The notes under the pieces are model-generated. The model saw nothing but the letters and a program-made list of their open reading frames with translations, searched no databases and was not told the origin of the DNA. 64,000 nt of DNA from Balanoglossus misakiensis (lineage: Eukaryota > Animalia > Hemichordata). The DNA lies in the NCBI GenBank assembly GCA_040954595.2, contig CM082580.2:13690242-13754241 (forward strand), in the 5' to 3' direction. The position numbers and the translations under genes were made by a program. Shown piece by piece: positions 40,461-53,223 of the stretch (within the stretch, counting starts at the first letter, position 1; each line of letters begins with the position of its first letter).

Positions 40461-41518
40461 GCTCCTAGCTCACTACGCTTTTCCATGTTTGAAGTTTATT
40501 CAAATTTCGTAAGAGTTCCGATGAAGTTACATTGGGCAGGAAATGGGGGATATGACTAGTAGCTTTCCAATTGTCATTACCCAGACATGATTAAAGACTT
40601 TTAAAGTTGGGCGGAGACTTTCATTGCTCTGACGACATTTCTTTCGAAAGCTCTGACCAGCCTTAGTCTCGTTTCATGTTTGTTTGTTTATGATGAAGAT
40701 GTATAGGAGGAGTGTTGAATAAACAAAGAAAGTATCAAACAAAACAGGTGACAATTTCAGGAAATATACAATTTTATTGCAGAATGTGTATGCATCCAAT
40801 ACATTGATAGTCATCACTTTTAAAGCATGACAATTAAAATTACCATGATTATTAATTAATAATTGATGTACACCAATTTAGTGTTATTAATTGTAGCCAA
40901 TTAAACCATCACCATTTTCATGCCAGTATACTAAAACTGAGTTAAAAGTAAAAAGTACAGATAAAATACTGATACAGATATTACTTTTACACCCATTTCC
41001 CATTGATTGATGAATGACAATAAAAACTACCAAGTCTTTATGGTCCAATAGCTGCACATGAAACCAGGATCATTATAAAACTTTTTTTTGTAATAAGATG
41101 AGTTGTTATGGTATGTATAATCAGTTAAATTGAATAAAGCACCGTCCCGACAAAGCTCCACAAAATTCTTGAAAGAAACTAATAAATATACTAAAGCTGC
41201 AACTAAACTACAAATATGTTACAAATATGTAAATGCTAATGAGATTGAGCACTAAGCATAGGTGCATTGGCATCAAAAGACTTTCTGGAAAAAATTCAAG
41301 TGGTAGTTCAGAAAACAAAAGTTTACAGTGAATAAAATGATCCAGATATATATTTGAAGAAAGCAAACATTTAAAAGAAATGCATTGATTTATCAAACTT
41401 TGTTTTGAGGAACTGTTTCAATTTTTGAAACAGATCATGGCTTTTATCAAAATCAGGTTTTTCTTTTCCCGGTGAGTCGCTCATATTTAGGTGTTATTTT
41501 GATCTCTGTTTGACCATG

Positions 41519-43603
41519 TCAGATTCTGCCAGTTGTTTCCAGTTCTTCATACAGGCTCCTGGAATATTCCGCTCTTCTCTTGTGCAAGTCCTCGTCATCT
41601 CGACAGCTCTTTGCCCAGTAAGTCAGTCCAACAGCCGGCCTCCAACGAACATCAGATCTACCAATCATGAGACAGAAACTGATTTCAATATTTCGGTCAC
41701 AGTAAAAGAGCAGGAAGTGTCGTCGTGTGTGAGTGTGGCAATTCATCTTAATGTGTGAAAACATATCTGAACATAGTAAAACTTGTGAAACTATTTAACA
41801 ATAACGATTTCCTGAACTATCATCCACAATACTTTTATTAGAAGGGGTGTCAAAATGCTGACCTGTTATTTCCAGCGCGATGCACCATGTATGGGTGGTG
41901 TCCAAGAAGAGTTCCTGTAAATGTACATAGAAATAAAATTAAGCATGAACTACTTTGGGAGAGTTTATCATGGATTTAAAATAATGAATCAAAATGATAG
42001 ATTTATTGGTGAAACAAATGACCATGAAATGTTTGACTTGCCTTTCTTAGCATCAGCCATTACTTCAGTGTCTTTCATTTCTTGTTTGAACTCTTTCAGT
42101 TTCTGACTGAAACCCAGTGCATCTGTCTTCACATGTTCGATCAGCCCTTCCTTTTGAGACTTGGGAACATAATACATACAGCCATTCTCCTCATCAGCAT
42201 CATCCAATGCCAGCCAGAAAGTCAGCCCTGCAGATGTGAATGCATAGTGTGTCATTCATTGTTGATTTTTCATACGTCCTTCACTAAAAAGCTCCACAGA
42301 AACACTCTGCCCACTTTTGCTGCTAGAGGGCGCTCTTACAATTTTCAAGGTCAGCATGTGACACAGGAACATTCAAGATTTTCAAATGAACAATTATATA
42401 TTATGCACACAACATCCAATTTAGATTGTGGCAACAATTTTATATATTTTTAGGATGATAAATGAATTGAGGGTGTGGCATTAAAAATGATTTTCTAAAA
42501 ATTAGCACCAACTGGTCTAGTAAATCAATTGGTTTGAAATCAACATGAGCTAAAAATGGACTACAAGAATTTTCAATATTGATGTGAAATTTTCATGAAT
42601 ATTCACAACAGATGGCTTTCATACGTTTCTTGGATAGTGGTATGAAAAGACCACTACATTGCTTTCTCCATTGTGACAGAAAACTTGTACTGGCACAAAG
42701 ATTACAGATCCGCATCTTTTGTATATGTTACCTTTGTCATGCATGAAGTACTTTCCGTCTTGATGGGGCGGGGTCTCATTGGCACCAGGAGGCTTGGAAA
42801 AGAACTGGACATTGTTGGCTTCACACTCCATCCCAAGAAGTACATCTGCCAGACCATTGAACGCTGGTGACTCAGCAAGATCCTGGAGTTAAATCAGAGC
42901 ATGCAACACCAATCAACGCCATTGCAGAATGTACCGTCTCATGCATCTTAGGAATGCACAGTCAGTCACATTTAGACATGAATTTGGTTATTTTTGGTTC
43001 TTTTGACTGGAGAACTATGTAGACATAGATACCTTAAAGAAGTTATCATGTTCCAACATCTTCTCAAGTCTAATAATGGTATTCTCATTTCCCTTTTCTT
43101 CATAGAAGTACAAATGCGATGGTAGAGTTGGTATCACATCTCTCCTGTAGCGTGCCAGTTCACGTTCAATAGATGAAATTTCTTCCGATGATAGGAAATC
43201 AACTAACTGTAAAAGAGAGGAAAGAAAGACCATCTCAGCTTTTTGTAAAATAAAGAACAGCATCGGTTTGTATGTGTCGCTTTTAGGCTTGTTTTTATTT
43301 CCTGTTAAGCCTTTTTGGAAACTACCCTCCTTTCACTTCTCTAAAATTGTCAGAAATTACTCAAGTCGCACCTCACTCAAGCCACTGGCTAGTGACAAGG
43401 CTGTTCGCGATGATCATAACCTAGAAGCTCCATGCTTTGATAACAACAAGTGCAGAATCACATACCTTTACATAGCCGTTTTCATCAAAGAAGTGCCTTT
43501 CCTTATTCTCGTCGATCCTGTCACTGTATTTGGGCCAAAGAGAGACGGCTCCTTCTCCCGTCTTCAGCTTCTTTGGGACTAGCGTCGCCTCCTGTTTTTC
43601 CAT
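41519..43603 (-). CDS. Phytanoyl-CoA dioxygenase (PhyH) family Fe(II)/2-oxoglutarate oxygenase. Exons 43466-43603, 43033-43206, 42732-42882, 42042-42227, 41863-41914, 41519-41657
   Basis: FFDENGYVKLVDFLS; FFSKPPGANETPPHQD (HxD); TFWLALDDADEENGCMYYVPKS; HHPYMVHRAGNN (distal His); distal Arg in the last exon. Confidence 0.9.
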
Positions 43604-44405
43604 ATTGTATGATCTACAAAACAGAGTTGTCCTCTGCTTTGGAGAGGGTTACCGAGGGTAACAGTGAACCCCTCCCAGACAGTGTTTATGCACGATCAGC
43701 TGCGGCCGCGACATCCAACATCACATGACCAAGTCACCTGACAAGGTCATGACCTCCATGCACATGATACAGAGCGTGTATCACAAAGACGTAGAGGAGT
43801 TTCCCGGATAAAATGACGAAATAGTTGAGACTGAACAAACACACCGTAGTCTTCGATATAACATCAATAGTATAGATATTTATTAGTCGCCTAAATCAAA
43901 GTGTAACGATATTGACGGTACCCATCGGATGATAAAGTGCTACGTGTTTCTAAAGATCCCGTGCCATGAAAGCAACAGTACACTTGACTTATTTCATGGT
44001 CCTCAGCAGACTGTGCTATCGATCACATCTCGACAACAAGCATCGTATCTTTTGTCATTTTCTGAGGCTGTAAATAAGTCCAGTATCTAGTGACACAAAA
44101 TAATCAATGCAATTCAATAACTCCAGGTGGCTTGCTTCACGCATCATTCAGTTTACCTAAACTATATTATACATAAAAAATAAACAGTAGCGCTACTATA
44201 TATATCACTCTCTTTTGTTTGAGTATTATCTACAGCGAGTATTTTTAATTGATTGGTTTTGGTAATCAGCAGATGGAATGAGATTCAGGAATCTGTCAGA
44301 CAAAGAAAACAAAGAAAACGGTTTTGCTAAGAAAGCTGAAAGGACATGATTCAAGACGTTTTCTTGCATTGGCGAAGAACGTTGACGGAAGGTGTGTGCT
44401 CGTTG

Positions 44406-47400
44406 CTAGTGCCAAAATGTGTTGCAGCAGCTAGAGAAGAGGATATCCACAGCCTCTATGATCGTCAGTATACTTCCACCCAACCACAAACCAATGGAAC
44501 CTCCTATATCACCTGAGTCATAGAAAAGGAGAAGAAAATTTCGTACAAATACTTCTGACACACGAACTCATACAAACAACTGCCGCGCTAGTTCGTGTCT
44601 AAAAGTTACAAGTGTAGAGACTACGTTGCAAAATCGACTGTTCCGATTAGAATCACACAGGCTGATATCTGTGACATGGGCGATCAAGAAAAGTATCGAC
44701 AGTCATGGCCAAATGTGAAGTTACAAATGAACTGTCTGACTTACTCAGCAAACCGGAGATGTCATAAGCCACCTGTTGCTTTATTTCATGGATGCTTAGT
44801 TCTTGGAGGAAAACGTCAACCCTTGCCACATTGTTTCTGAAGTGGAACACAGATATATAAACCCATGAATGTAGCAGCAATACGATTTATCTTTCAGGCA
44901 TCTTCTATACAATGAGACATCAGGCTCACGCGGTTGAGTACTCGACACAGAAAATTGAATTGAATTTTTTTCACCAGATGAAAAAGTGTTTTACATGTCA
45001 TGTCGATAACCACTTTCTTAATTACAAATTCAGCGAGGGTCTCGGAAAAAAAACCTCGATCTGTAGTAAGGAAACTGAGTACGTACAGAAGGTAATAAGG
45101 GGGTAGCCCGAAGTTGGTTTCCACGGCGGCTGAGGCTACGTCTGAGGGGAACCTTGCATGAGACAAGTTCGGTTTGTAGATAACTCGAGAACAAGGAACG
45201 GGGCAGTCACACGTCCTCGACGTCTGGTTGATGAACGACGCTGTAAAATTGATGAAATCTTTTTAAATTCTGAACTCTCATCATTGGGAGTGCTCGGTGT
45301 TTTGACGTTCGATTTCAATGAATATGTCATGAAACTCAAATGAGAGGGTCCATGTTGCTGAAATTCAACGAATCCTCATTTGAGTGTCATGACATTGGCC
45401 GGCCAATCGAAGAAAATGAAAACGACCTCGTTTTCAATATATAGCGTTGGTTTCCTCATGATGGACCCATATTGGATAGTTATGACATCTAAACAAGTCA
45501 ATGAAATTTCGAATTTGGCAAATCATGGTTTATACTATCGTATAGGAATTGATTGTGACGTACTTTGGCAGGCGTTAAATTTTACAATAATAAAATGTTG
45601 GATTATATACAGCAAAATCTGAAAGTTTAATCCGTTCAATGTCACTTACCCGCCGCCTCTCTGGCGCAAGTACCATACGTTTTATTGATGTCACACACTG
45701 TCGCATTGCCTGGCATAAAGAAAACTTTGCAACCGCACTTTTCAACAACATAATCAGTGTAGCATTCCATCTTGCATGCGTTCTTCGAATATGTCTTGTA
45801 ATATGTCAGGTCTTTTTCCCCACAAATGCCGTGCGGAGGCGGTAGATTCGTCACCTGTATCCATGACAATGACCCATATCTTTAGTTTCCGAGAGTGTTA
45901 AAATCTACCTTTTCAAACGAGCGAGTTTCTCCGTATCAGGGAAATGCGATAAATACTCTTGGTGATTTACTTGGTTTCTTTCGACTCGATAAAGTCTTTG
46001 TTTCATTTTGAACTTTAAAAAATGCTGTCAATTCGACTTACATGTGTAACGTCTATGCCAACTCTCACTGCTTCGCCAGGGGCGATGGAAAAGCCCAAAT
46101 CCGTCATCAGCGGAATCTCGTTTTGAGAGTATAACATCATCTGTAAACCGACTCCGTACCTTGGACCCAAAGTGTAGTCCCATTGTCTGGTGTCAAGAAA
46201 CATACTTAAACCAAACCGTGTCCCTGAAATTCATTCAAAACGGTGTTGTATGTTACCTGCACGATTTTTCAAGGTCCCACTTTTCACAATGATAACGTTC
46301 AACAGCAAAGGCACAAACCGTACATTTTCATGACGTCGGGTATCTGAACATTGCCTTGACGGAATTTGAATTGGATAAGCTCAGTTTTTAGTATTAGGCA
46401 TATAAGTCAAATGTCATTCAAATGGACTCAATTCTCAGAGCGGGTGTCGCTTTATATCTCGTTTAGTAACAGAACTGTAGGCCTACATTTGTATAAATGT
46501 AGTGATGACCAACCTGTGTTGTCGACTTTACGTATACCATAACCATCATCTCCAGTGTTGAAGGCAGAACATACACCAAAATCCGTCAATATTGGTTTGA
46601 AAGCATCCTCGCTAACGTTTTTCATTCTCCATGTCGGCCTTAACAAACAAAGTAAAACGCTTTTCAAAAATAGACCCAACCGAAGTCCATATTTGGTGAT
46701 ATATATCGCGCTGCTTGCGTCGACCACGGGTCACTTTTACGTCAATTCGACATGAAGGCAAAAAATCGAAAAGTGCCACGAGAACACTTTTGGTTCAAAA
46801 ATGCAATTCTCAGATTGAAAGCAATGCCACAGACAAACTTACATGATGATCATCCCATCAATACTTGAATGTTTCATATAGAATTCTATGGAGGCTGTCT
46901 CGGTCACATTGGATTGAGAAGTACCTGGATTATGCGAAAGCAACATCTCCAAAAAGATGTCAGTGAAATCGGAGGCATTGGAACTTTTTCTGGGGAGATA
47001 AACAAGAGATGCTTTATGTTATTTAAAAAAATAACATGCCATTCTTGGAACGTCCTGTAATAATCAAACATCCTTTTACATGAACAATGTATACATTCTT
47101 ACTACAAAGACTGGACTTTTAGAAGCACTTACCGAAACACGTTGAAATTGCAGATAGCAACAACTGGAAATGTTACTTCTTCGACATATTTCAACTTGAT
47201 ATTGACATTGGACGGAAAGGATGCAAAATGCGCTATTCTCTCATAAATCTGGCGTGACGTCAAGCCCAGACAGCAAAGCAGTATGACAATCCACAGAACC
47301 CTGATTAAGAACAGAATATAATTTATTCGGAGATGCCAAGACTATCCCCGAAGAAACATTTCACAATTGAATTAAATGTCTCTGTACAAAATTCGCATTT

Positions 47401-47869
47401 GCTGCACCCACTGAATTCTTTAAAGCTCTGTTGTATTTCTAGTTTTGAAAATAAGTTTGAAAGACATGGCCAAAAGAAAACATATTTTAAAACGCACTAG
47501 TCTAATGCATATATTTTTATCCAACGGGCGACAGAGATGGATCTGTTGACAAAAAATCTCATTCATATATGTTAAAACTATAATGACACTGTTAGATCCT
47601 GTGATTAGATGAAAGTCACGTACTTACCTTCGCAGCGGTATGGCCGAATTCCGGGCGATGACCTTCACGCCAGCGATTCCAAAGTCATCGGCAAAGTGGG
47701 AGCAGAGATGTCTCGTAGATACAAATCGTTTCTTGAAATTTTCATCGGCCATTTTCCTCGTCATTTCGATTTTTGTCGGTGGTTTGACAGAAGTCTGATC
47801 CTCATCAACAACCACGCCATTCTCATCGCTTAAATCAATCACGTGGACCTTGGTCTTCGATACTGACAT
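44406..47869 (-). CDS. DEG/ENaC (ASIC-like) channel subunit. Exons 47628-47869, 47133-47300, 46843-46989, 46514-46638, 46042-46223, 45650-45854, 45087-45240, 44745-44836, 44406-44512
   Basis: TM1 RRVLWIVILL; FPVVAICNFN; TDFGVCSAFN; GFSIAPG; thumb YSKNACKMECYTDYVVEKCGC..CDCPVPC; TM2 LLSDIGGSIGLWLGGSILTIIE. The start Met is inferred. Confidence 0.92.
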
Positions 47870-48885
47870 CTTGTAAGCGCCTGGGATGGTATCTTGGCCC
47901 ACGACACGGTTATCTGCCAAACACTATCAAATTTGGCTTTTGCTTTTGACCAGATGTCTTGTGCGATACACAACACCTGTCCGGCAAGATTTATTTGATT
48001 TATACCATATTAGTAATTATTGACAACTGGCTTGACGAAGCATAGAAATTGCTATTTATATAACATCTTAGTAACGTGTCAATAGCATGAGGATGTCACA
48101 AACAGTTCTTATTGTATTGCAAAGGAAAGTGGATATGTAATTGGTTCTCGAAACAAATAACACACTCATTATGATACATTAAGAACGCACTGTTTATAGA
48201 AACCTTTCATGTGAAAACAGAGTGTCTACTCTAAGAAGGTACAGCTTTGAACGTGATATTTACAGTTATCATCTTTATAGATGCTTTACTTCCCTCCAGT
48301 AGGCATGTTGTCAGACGATGTTGTTGGGCGATTTTGAGCCACAGTGACACTTGAAAAAAAGTTGAAAACTCTTGTTTCAATTCATCTACATCACAATATT
48401 CAATATTAAAATTAAAGTACACAGCAGAATATTACAAACTCCAAATTATAAACAAAAATAAGCAACAGGTGTTTTTTTCGCACTGAAATATTTGTTCCAT
48501 AAAAACATCATACATTATAGCCTATCTTCCAATATAAGTACTGCTCTATATATACAAATTATTCTTTATTAAAACTATACAGTACACACACTATGTACAC
48601 ACACATACACACATACAATTACATGGTTATAGTCAAAAGTGAAGAGCTTCACCATAAAAACAACGGGTTTGGACCAAACTACGACTATTAAAGGGTAATA
48701 CACCAAAACCACTTCATAAAGATTAAAGAACTTGAGCTGTTTACTCTGCACATACCACTCTCCAATTTTTGTGATTTCTATTTTCTGGTAAGTTTTCTCC
48801 TCATCACATTCAGACAATACTGCAAAGTGATTAATTCAAAATGGAGGAAGACAACTGAAACAGGGTAATACTAGAAGAACAAATT

Positions 48886-51800
48886 TTAGGATGGCATACA
48901 CTGAAATTTCTCTTGATTCTCTTGATTTGCTGTCTCACTGATCTGATTGCCACTGAACATTGCAAGTAACTGGTGGTGTACTCTGAAATTAACAGAAGAA
49001 GAAAAAACATTGAGATGGGGGTACAGTACTTTGCAAATATTCAATAGCAACTTGCCATATATCAATAGGAAGGTCATAAAATTCTCCCCTGCAAAGATAA
49101 TTTCAATATATCCCTCCAGGAGGAACTTTTGTTTTCACAAGAGATTATTTCCTGACCTCATTTCCAAATTGTAACCATGAATGGCCTGGCCATCAATGTT
49201 CCAGTGGGAAGATGGAGCCACATTGTAAGACGATGAGTCTTCAAGCAACGACGATCGACTGTTGTCATTGCTATCACTTGGACAACCAACACGAACTGCT
49301 TTCACTCTGTACATGTTGGTGAATGGGAAGTCAAACTGTGAATGGAAAAATAACAGAAGTGCTGTCATTTTGTTACACAACAATTGCTGATAATTATATT
49401 AAAACAAAAGTAAGACTAATTCAGTTTTAATTTCTTTACTTCAGTGAAGTGTAAATTTTCAAGAAACACCCCAGTCAACTTACTGGATCTTTGTTTGTGC
49501 CGTATTTCCTGAGATGTTGAGCGAAGTTTTTCTTGGAAGTGTTTTTCACCAGGATAAGATGGGCTGTGCCGTCGCTAAGATGCGTATATGGTGACAAGCC
49601 GTGAAGGGGGACCAGACTACATGAGCCTGAGTGACTCAAAAATCCAAGATTCAAGAATGAATCCGAAATACTCTTCCATCCTTCACTGCTTACATACTCG
49701 TCTGCTGTGAAAAGGAGAAAGGACACAGGCTAAATCACAGTATATTGGAATGCCCAACTTTGAAAGACATCACATCAGGCATGTCTCGGGTGCAAGTGTT
49801 GATAGGGTCTTATGATTAGGGCAATACCGATCGAACACTCTTCAAAGAATTCCCACTGAAATCTTCGAGAGAACTATTTCAACATGTGAAAACTCACCCT
49901 GATCACTACATCCATCTGGAATGGTGGCAATGCCACACAAATTCATTCTTGGAATTGTGGGTCTTTTATCGGTCACCTGAGGAGTGTCATCTCTGTCTAG
50001 CTGTACTAGACCAGGTGAACTTCTGGGCCGGGGGATCTCAGTAGGCACCCCTAGCCAGGCAACTTTTGTTGTCTGAGGAGGTTCAGGTGTGTAACTTCTG
50101 ACCTGTATCACCTGAGGTCGTAGGTCAGCAGCCACAGATGCAGCGACCGGATTGGTGTCTCTTGATTGGCCCTCGCGAAGGAGTGTAAATTTATTCTGAC
50201 TCAACATTTTGAAGTCTTCCACCATATGACAGGACTCACAGCTGTCAAATCAAAATGAAAGGTTCGTGTGAGGGTTTGAAGTATGCAAAAGAAAACTTGT
50301 CAGTAAAGAACTCAGCTATGGGGATAACTGTGGCTAAATTTGCGTAGCATACACTGCTCATTACTGTCACGAAGTACACTATTTGATTGATAACTTACCC
50401 CTGTTGGCAAACTTGCTTTGTTTCCTCACGGTCACATGGCAAGTACTCAATACTGCACTCGTGTGGTCTGCAAAAAATGTCCAAAATCAACAACTTGACC
50501 AATGAATGATTTCAGTTCCTGAATATGACTTTCATGGCAAGAACTCTAACAGTCAGATGCTTGCAAATTTCAGGCAAAATCTGTAGTGTACATGTAACAT
50601 TGCCAATCTTGATGGTGACACTTTTTTATCATCCACAAAGAACCCTATTTTACCTCCAAACACTGCCCTATACAGTTATAGTATGGCTATTCTACATAGT
50701 TCACTTCAAGCTATCACGCACTGACTTCATGATAAAGAACAAATAGAGGGCGTCAACCCCTAATCAAAATTGAGGAGTAGCCACTTCCAAACAAACAAAC
50801 TTACTGAACATCAACCAGGGATTTTGCCATGGCATATTTGTTCTTTAGGAGTCCAAGCCATGGTTTCTTTTTCACTTTTTTGATGAAACTGCTCATGAAG
50901 CCATATAGGGCAGAGAAGGCAAACTGCTGGAAGATCTGATCTTGGTACAAAGTACACACGTCAACTGGTTGGATGTCTCCTGCAAAATAAAACAATTACA
51001 ATGTTTTGTCACTTTAGCAGTCAGTGAAAATGACATCATAATATAGAATGAATATTCAACCTGATGGATCAACCAGGAATGATTGTTTACTCACCAAATA
51101 TTATATGTAAAGCAGCAATCACTGGGTCATTTGTTTTGTGGACGGAGTAGGTTAGAAAATCTAATGGGCCTGAGAAGACAAAATGATGAGAATTTAAGAT
51201 TTCAGTGTCATCAAATAATTATTCAAAGTTGGAAGTCTAAATTAGATTCTTTATATAGACAGAGACTTAACACCACAGTAGGCAAAATATTTGGATGATT
51301 TTTGAACAAAAGATATTTCAATGAAGAGACATTCTCAATTTCTCTGTTGAAGAATAGAACAAGGCCAAACTCACCAGTTGAAATTACTCCCACTGGTAGC
51401 ATGCATCTAGCAGGCTTGAAATAAGTCGTTGTATCTATGCTAGCATCTCTCTGTGTTCTCAGCAGCAATGCATTGATGACTTGACTCACCAAATTGTCAT
51501 CGCCAACACAAACGATACTACAGTCACAGGAATAAAAGACAAACAGCATTATATTTAGCTACACGCAAGACAATTAGCACAACACTGACATCTTGATGTA
51601 TACATTATCACTTGAGGGTGGGGTGGAGGAGGGTGGGGTGCAGGTCAGAGGAAAGATGCATTTTGTCAGTAAGTCAAGTTCAAATCAAAGACAACTGACT
51701 TACTGGGGTGGTCAAGTGACATCCACATACTCACCCATCTGTGTTTGTCAAATCCATCTCCTGTATCATGTCATTAATGTGACCACTCCTATCTTGATCA

Positions 51801-52614
51801 GTCACTGTCAAATCAAATCAAATCAAAACAAACCATAAATCCAAATGGATTTGAAAAAAACCCAGACATAATCATTTCTCCCACTTTGTTTTTGTTATAT
51901 GCCAATTTCTTACCACTGTGACTTGTACTCACCAATTTCTTGAAGATCAATATTTGCATAGTCAAATAAGACCTGAATCTTTCGTCTGTAAGTACTGTTA
52001 CTATGGCTACTCTGGGAACTGAGTATTACAGTCAAATGTCTGGGGCGTTCTGGAAGTACTGCAATGTAAAAAAAAAAAATCTGAATAACACAATTTGACA
52101 GCCATTTGATTTTTTGGGACCTTTAACCCTTTCACCACCATGGTTCAGTCCAAACCCATTGCTTTCTATGGTAAGGTTGGACCTCTAAAGAGGGAACTGG
52201 GGGTGAAAGGGTTAATGCAAACACTGTCATATAATACTAGTATGTATGCATAATTTGCAGGATCACTTTATCCATGTGACCCAACAAATTAAAGTGAATA
52301 TGTAAGCAAACAATACAAATGTACCTTCAATAATTTTCCTTATTGTCGTCATCCATTGTTGACATAAACTTTCCTCAACACAGGCAAGCAAGGTTTCCAG
52401 TCGGATGCAGCCGTATTCTCTGTCAATTCTTCTGTGGAATATGCAAATGCCTAAGGGATAACCACCTCGGTTTCCAGCCTTGACGCGTCGTTTTATCTTG
52501 ACAGCGTAGATATCCTTCATTTTGATCTCGCTTGGAGACGATTTTCCAAGTTTTGCTGAAATAAATACAGCAATTTGTAATAAGTGTATGTTAGGTGTAT
52601 GATTGATGATGCAG

Positions 52615-52656
<42 letters not shown>

Positions 52657-53223
52657 TCTGTCACTGTTATCAAAATGATGTCTCGTGGAAGATTCACATC
52701 ATTCAAGGCATTATCTCTGTGATCCCTTTCCTATAACAAACTTTGCTGCTGTGGGTGTCTGCAGTGCATATTCAGCAATATTTCATCATCAGAGGTCAGT
52801 CAGGTGACATACCCAAATAAATCTGCCAAAACAAACAAATCCACTACATGCAATAAATCTTGTGTGTTTTATGACTTAAACGGTAACCCCTCTTTGCCTC
52901 CCACCTTTGTTAATCTAACCATTTTGTTTTTCTGGTTGTTTTTTAATTATAAAGACTGTCTGATTTACTAGTAGCTTCTATCTCCATGGTCCAGAAAAAT
53001 AGACTTTTTCTTTTTAAAACTATTTTGTTACTACATTTCATTCAAACCTAGAGTGAAATAGAACTGCAGGTAGCGCACTCCAGGAATCAAAAATCCAAGA
53101 CTATAGCACCTCACCTTGTAGTGGACTGAGTGGAGTCCATTTTATGTTTTCTTCCGTGAGCGTGACGTCGAAATGTCCCTTTTCAATATCAAAAATTCCT
53201 CGCAGACAAGTACTTGTGGCCAT
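48886..53223 (-). CDS. CERKL: Ceramide kinase-like protein, about 12 exons (first 53115-53223, last 48886-48982)
   Basis: N-terminus LRGIFDIEKGHFDVTLTEENIKW and IKMKDIYAVKIKRR..LGICIF resemble the CERKL PH region as I recall it. DAGK-like region IVCVGDDN..VINALLLR..LPVGVISTG..DPVIAALHII; GLSPYTHLSDG..LILVKNTS; FDFPF; WNIDG. Confidence 0.85.
52123..52215. mobile_element. Tiny piggyBac-type MITE (85 bp between TTAA target-site duplications)
   Basis: TTAA-CCCTTTCACC ... GGTGAAAGGG-TTAA terminal inverted repeats. A second copy lies at 55290. Confidence 0.75.
52615..52655. repeat. (ATC)n microsatellite in CERKL intron 1
   Basis: About 13 ATC units. It gives the poly-Met stretch in the ORF track. 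Confidence 0.95.

Noticed and set aside
48886-48900. C-terminal CMPS of CERKL as a CaaX prenylation motif
   Set aside because: Pro at the a2 position fits poorly and I have no conservation evidence.
52263-52706. ORF with a poly-Met run
   Set aside because: The run is an intronic (ATC)n repeat read in frame with CERKL exon 2 (52325-52555).
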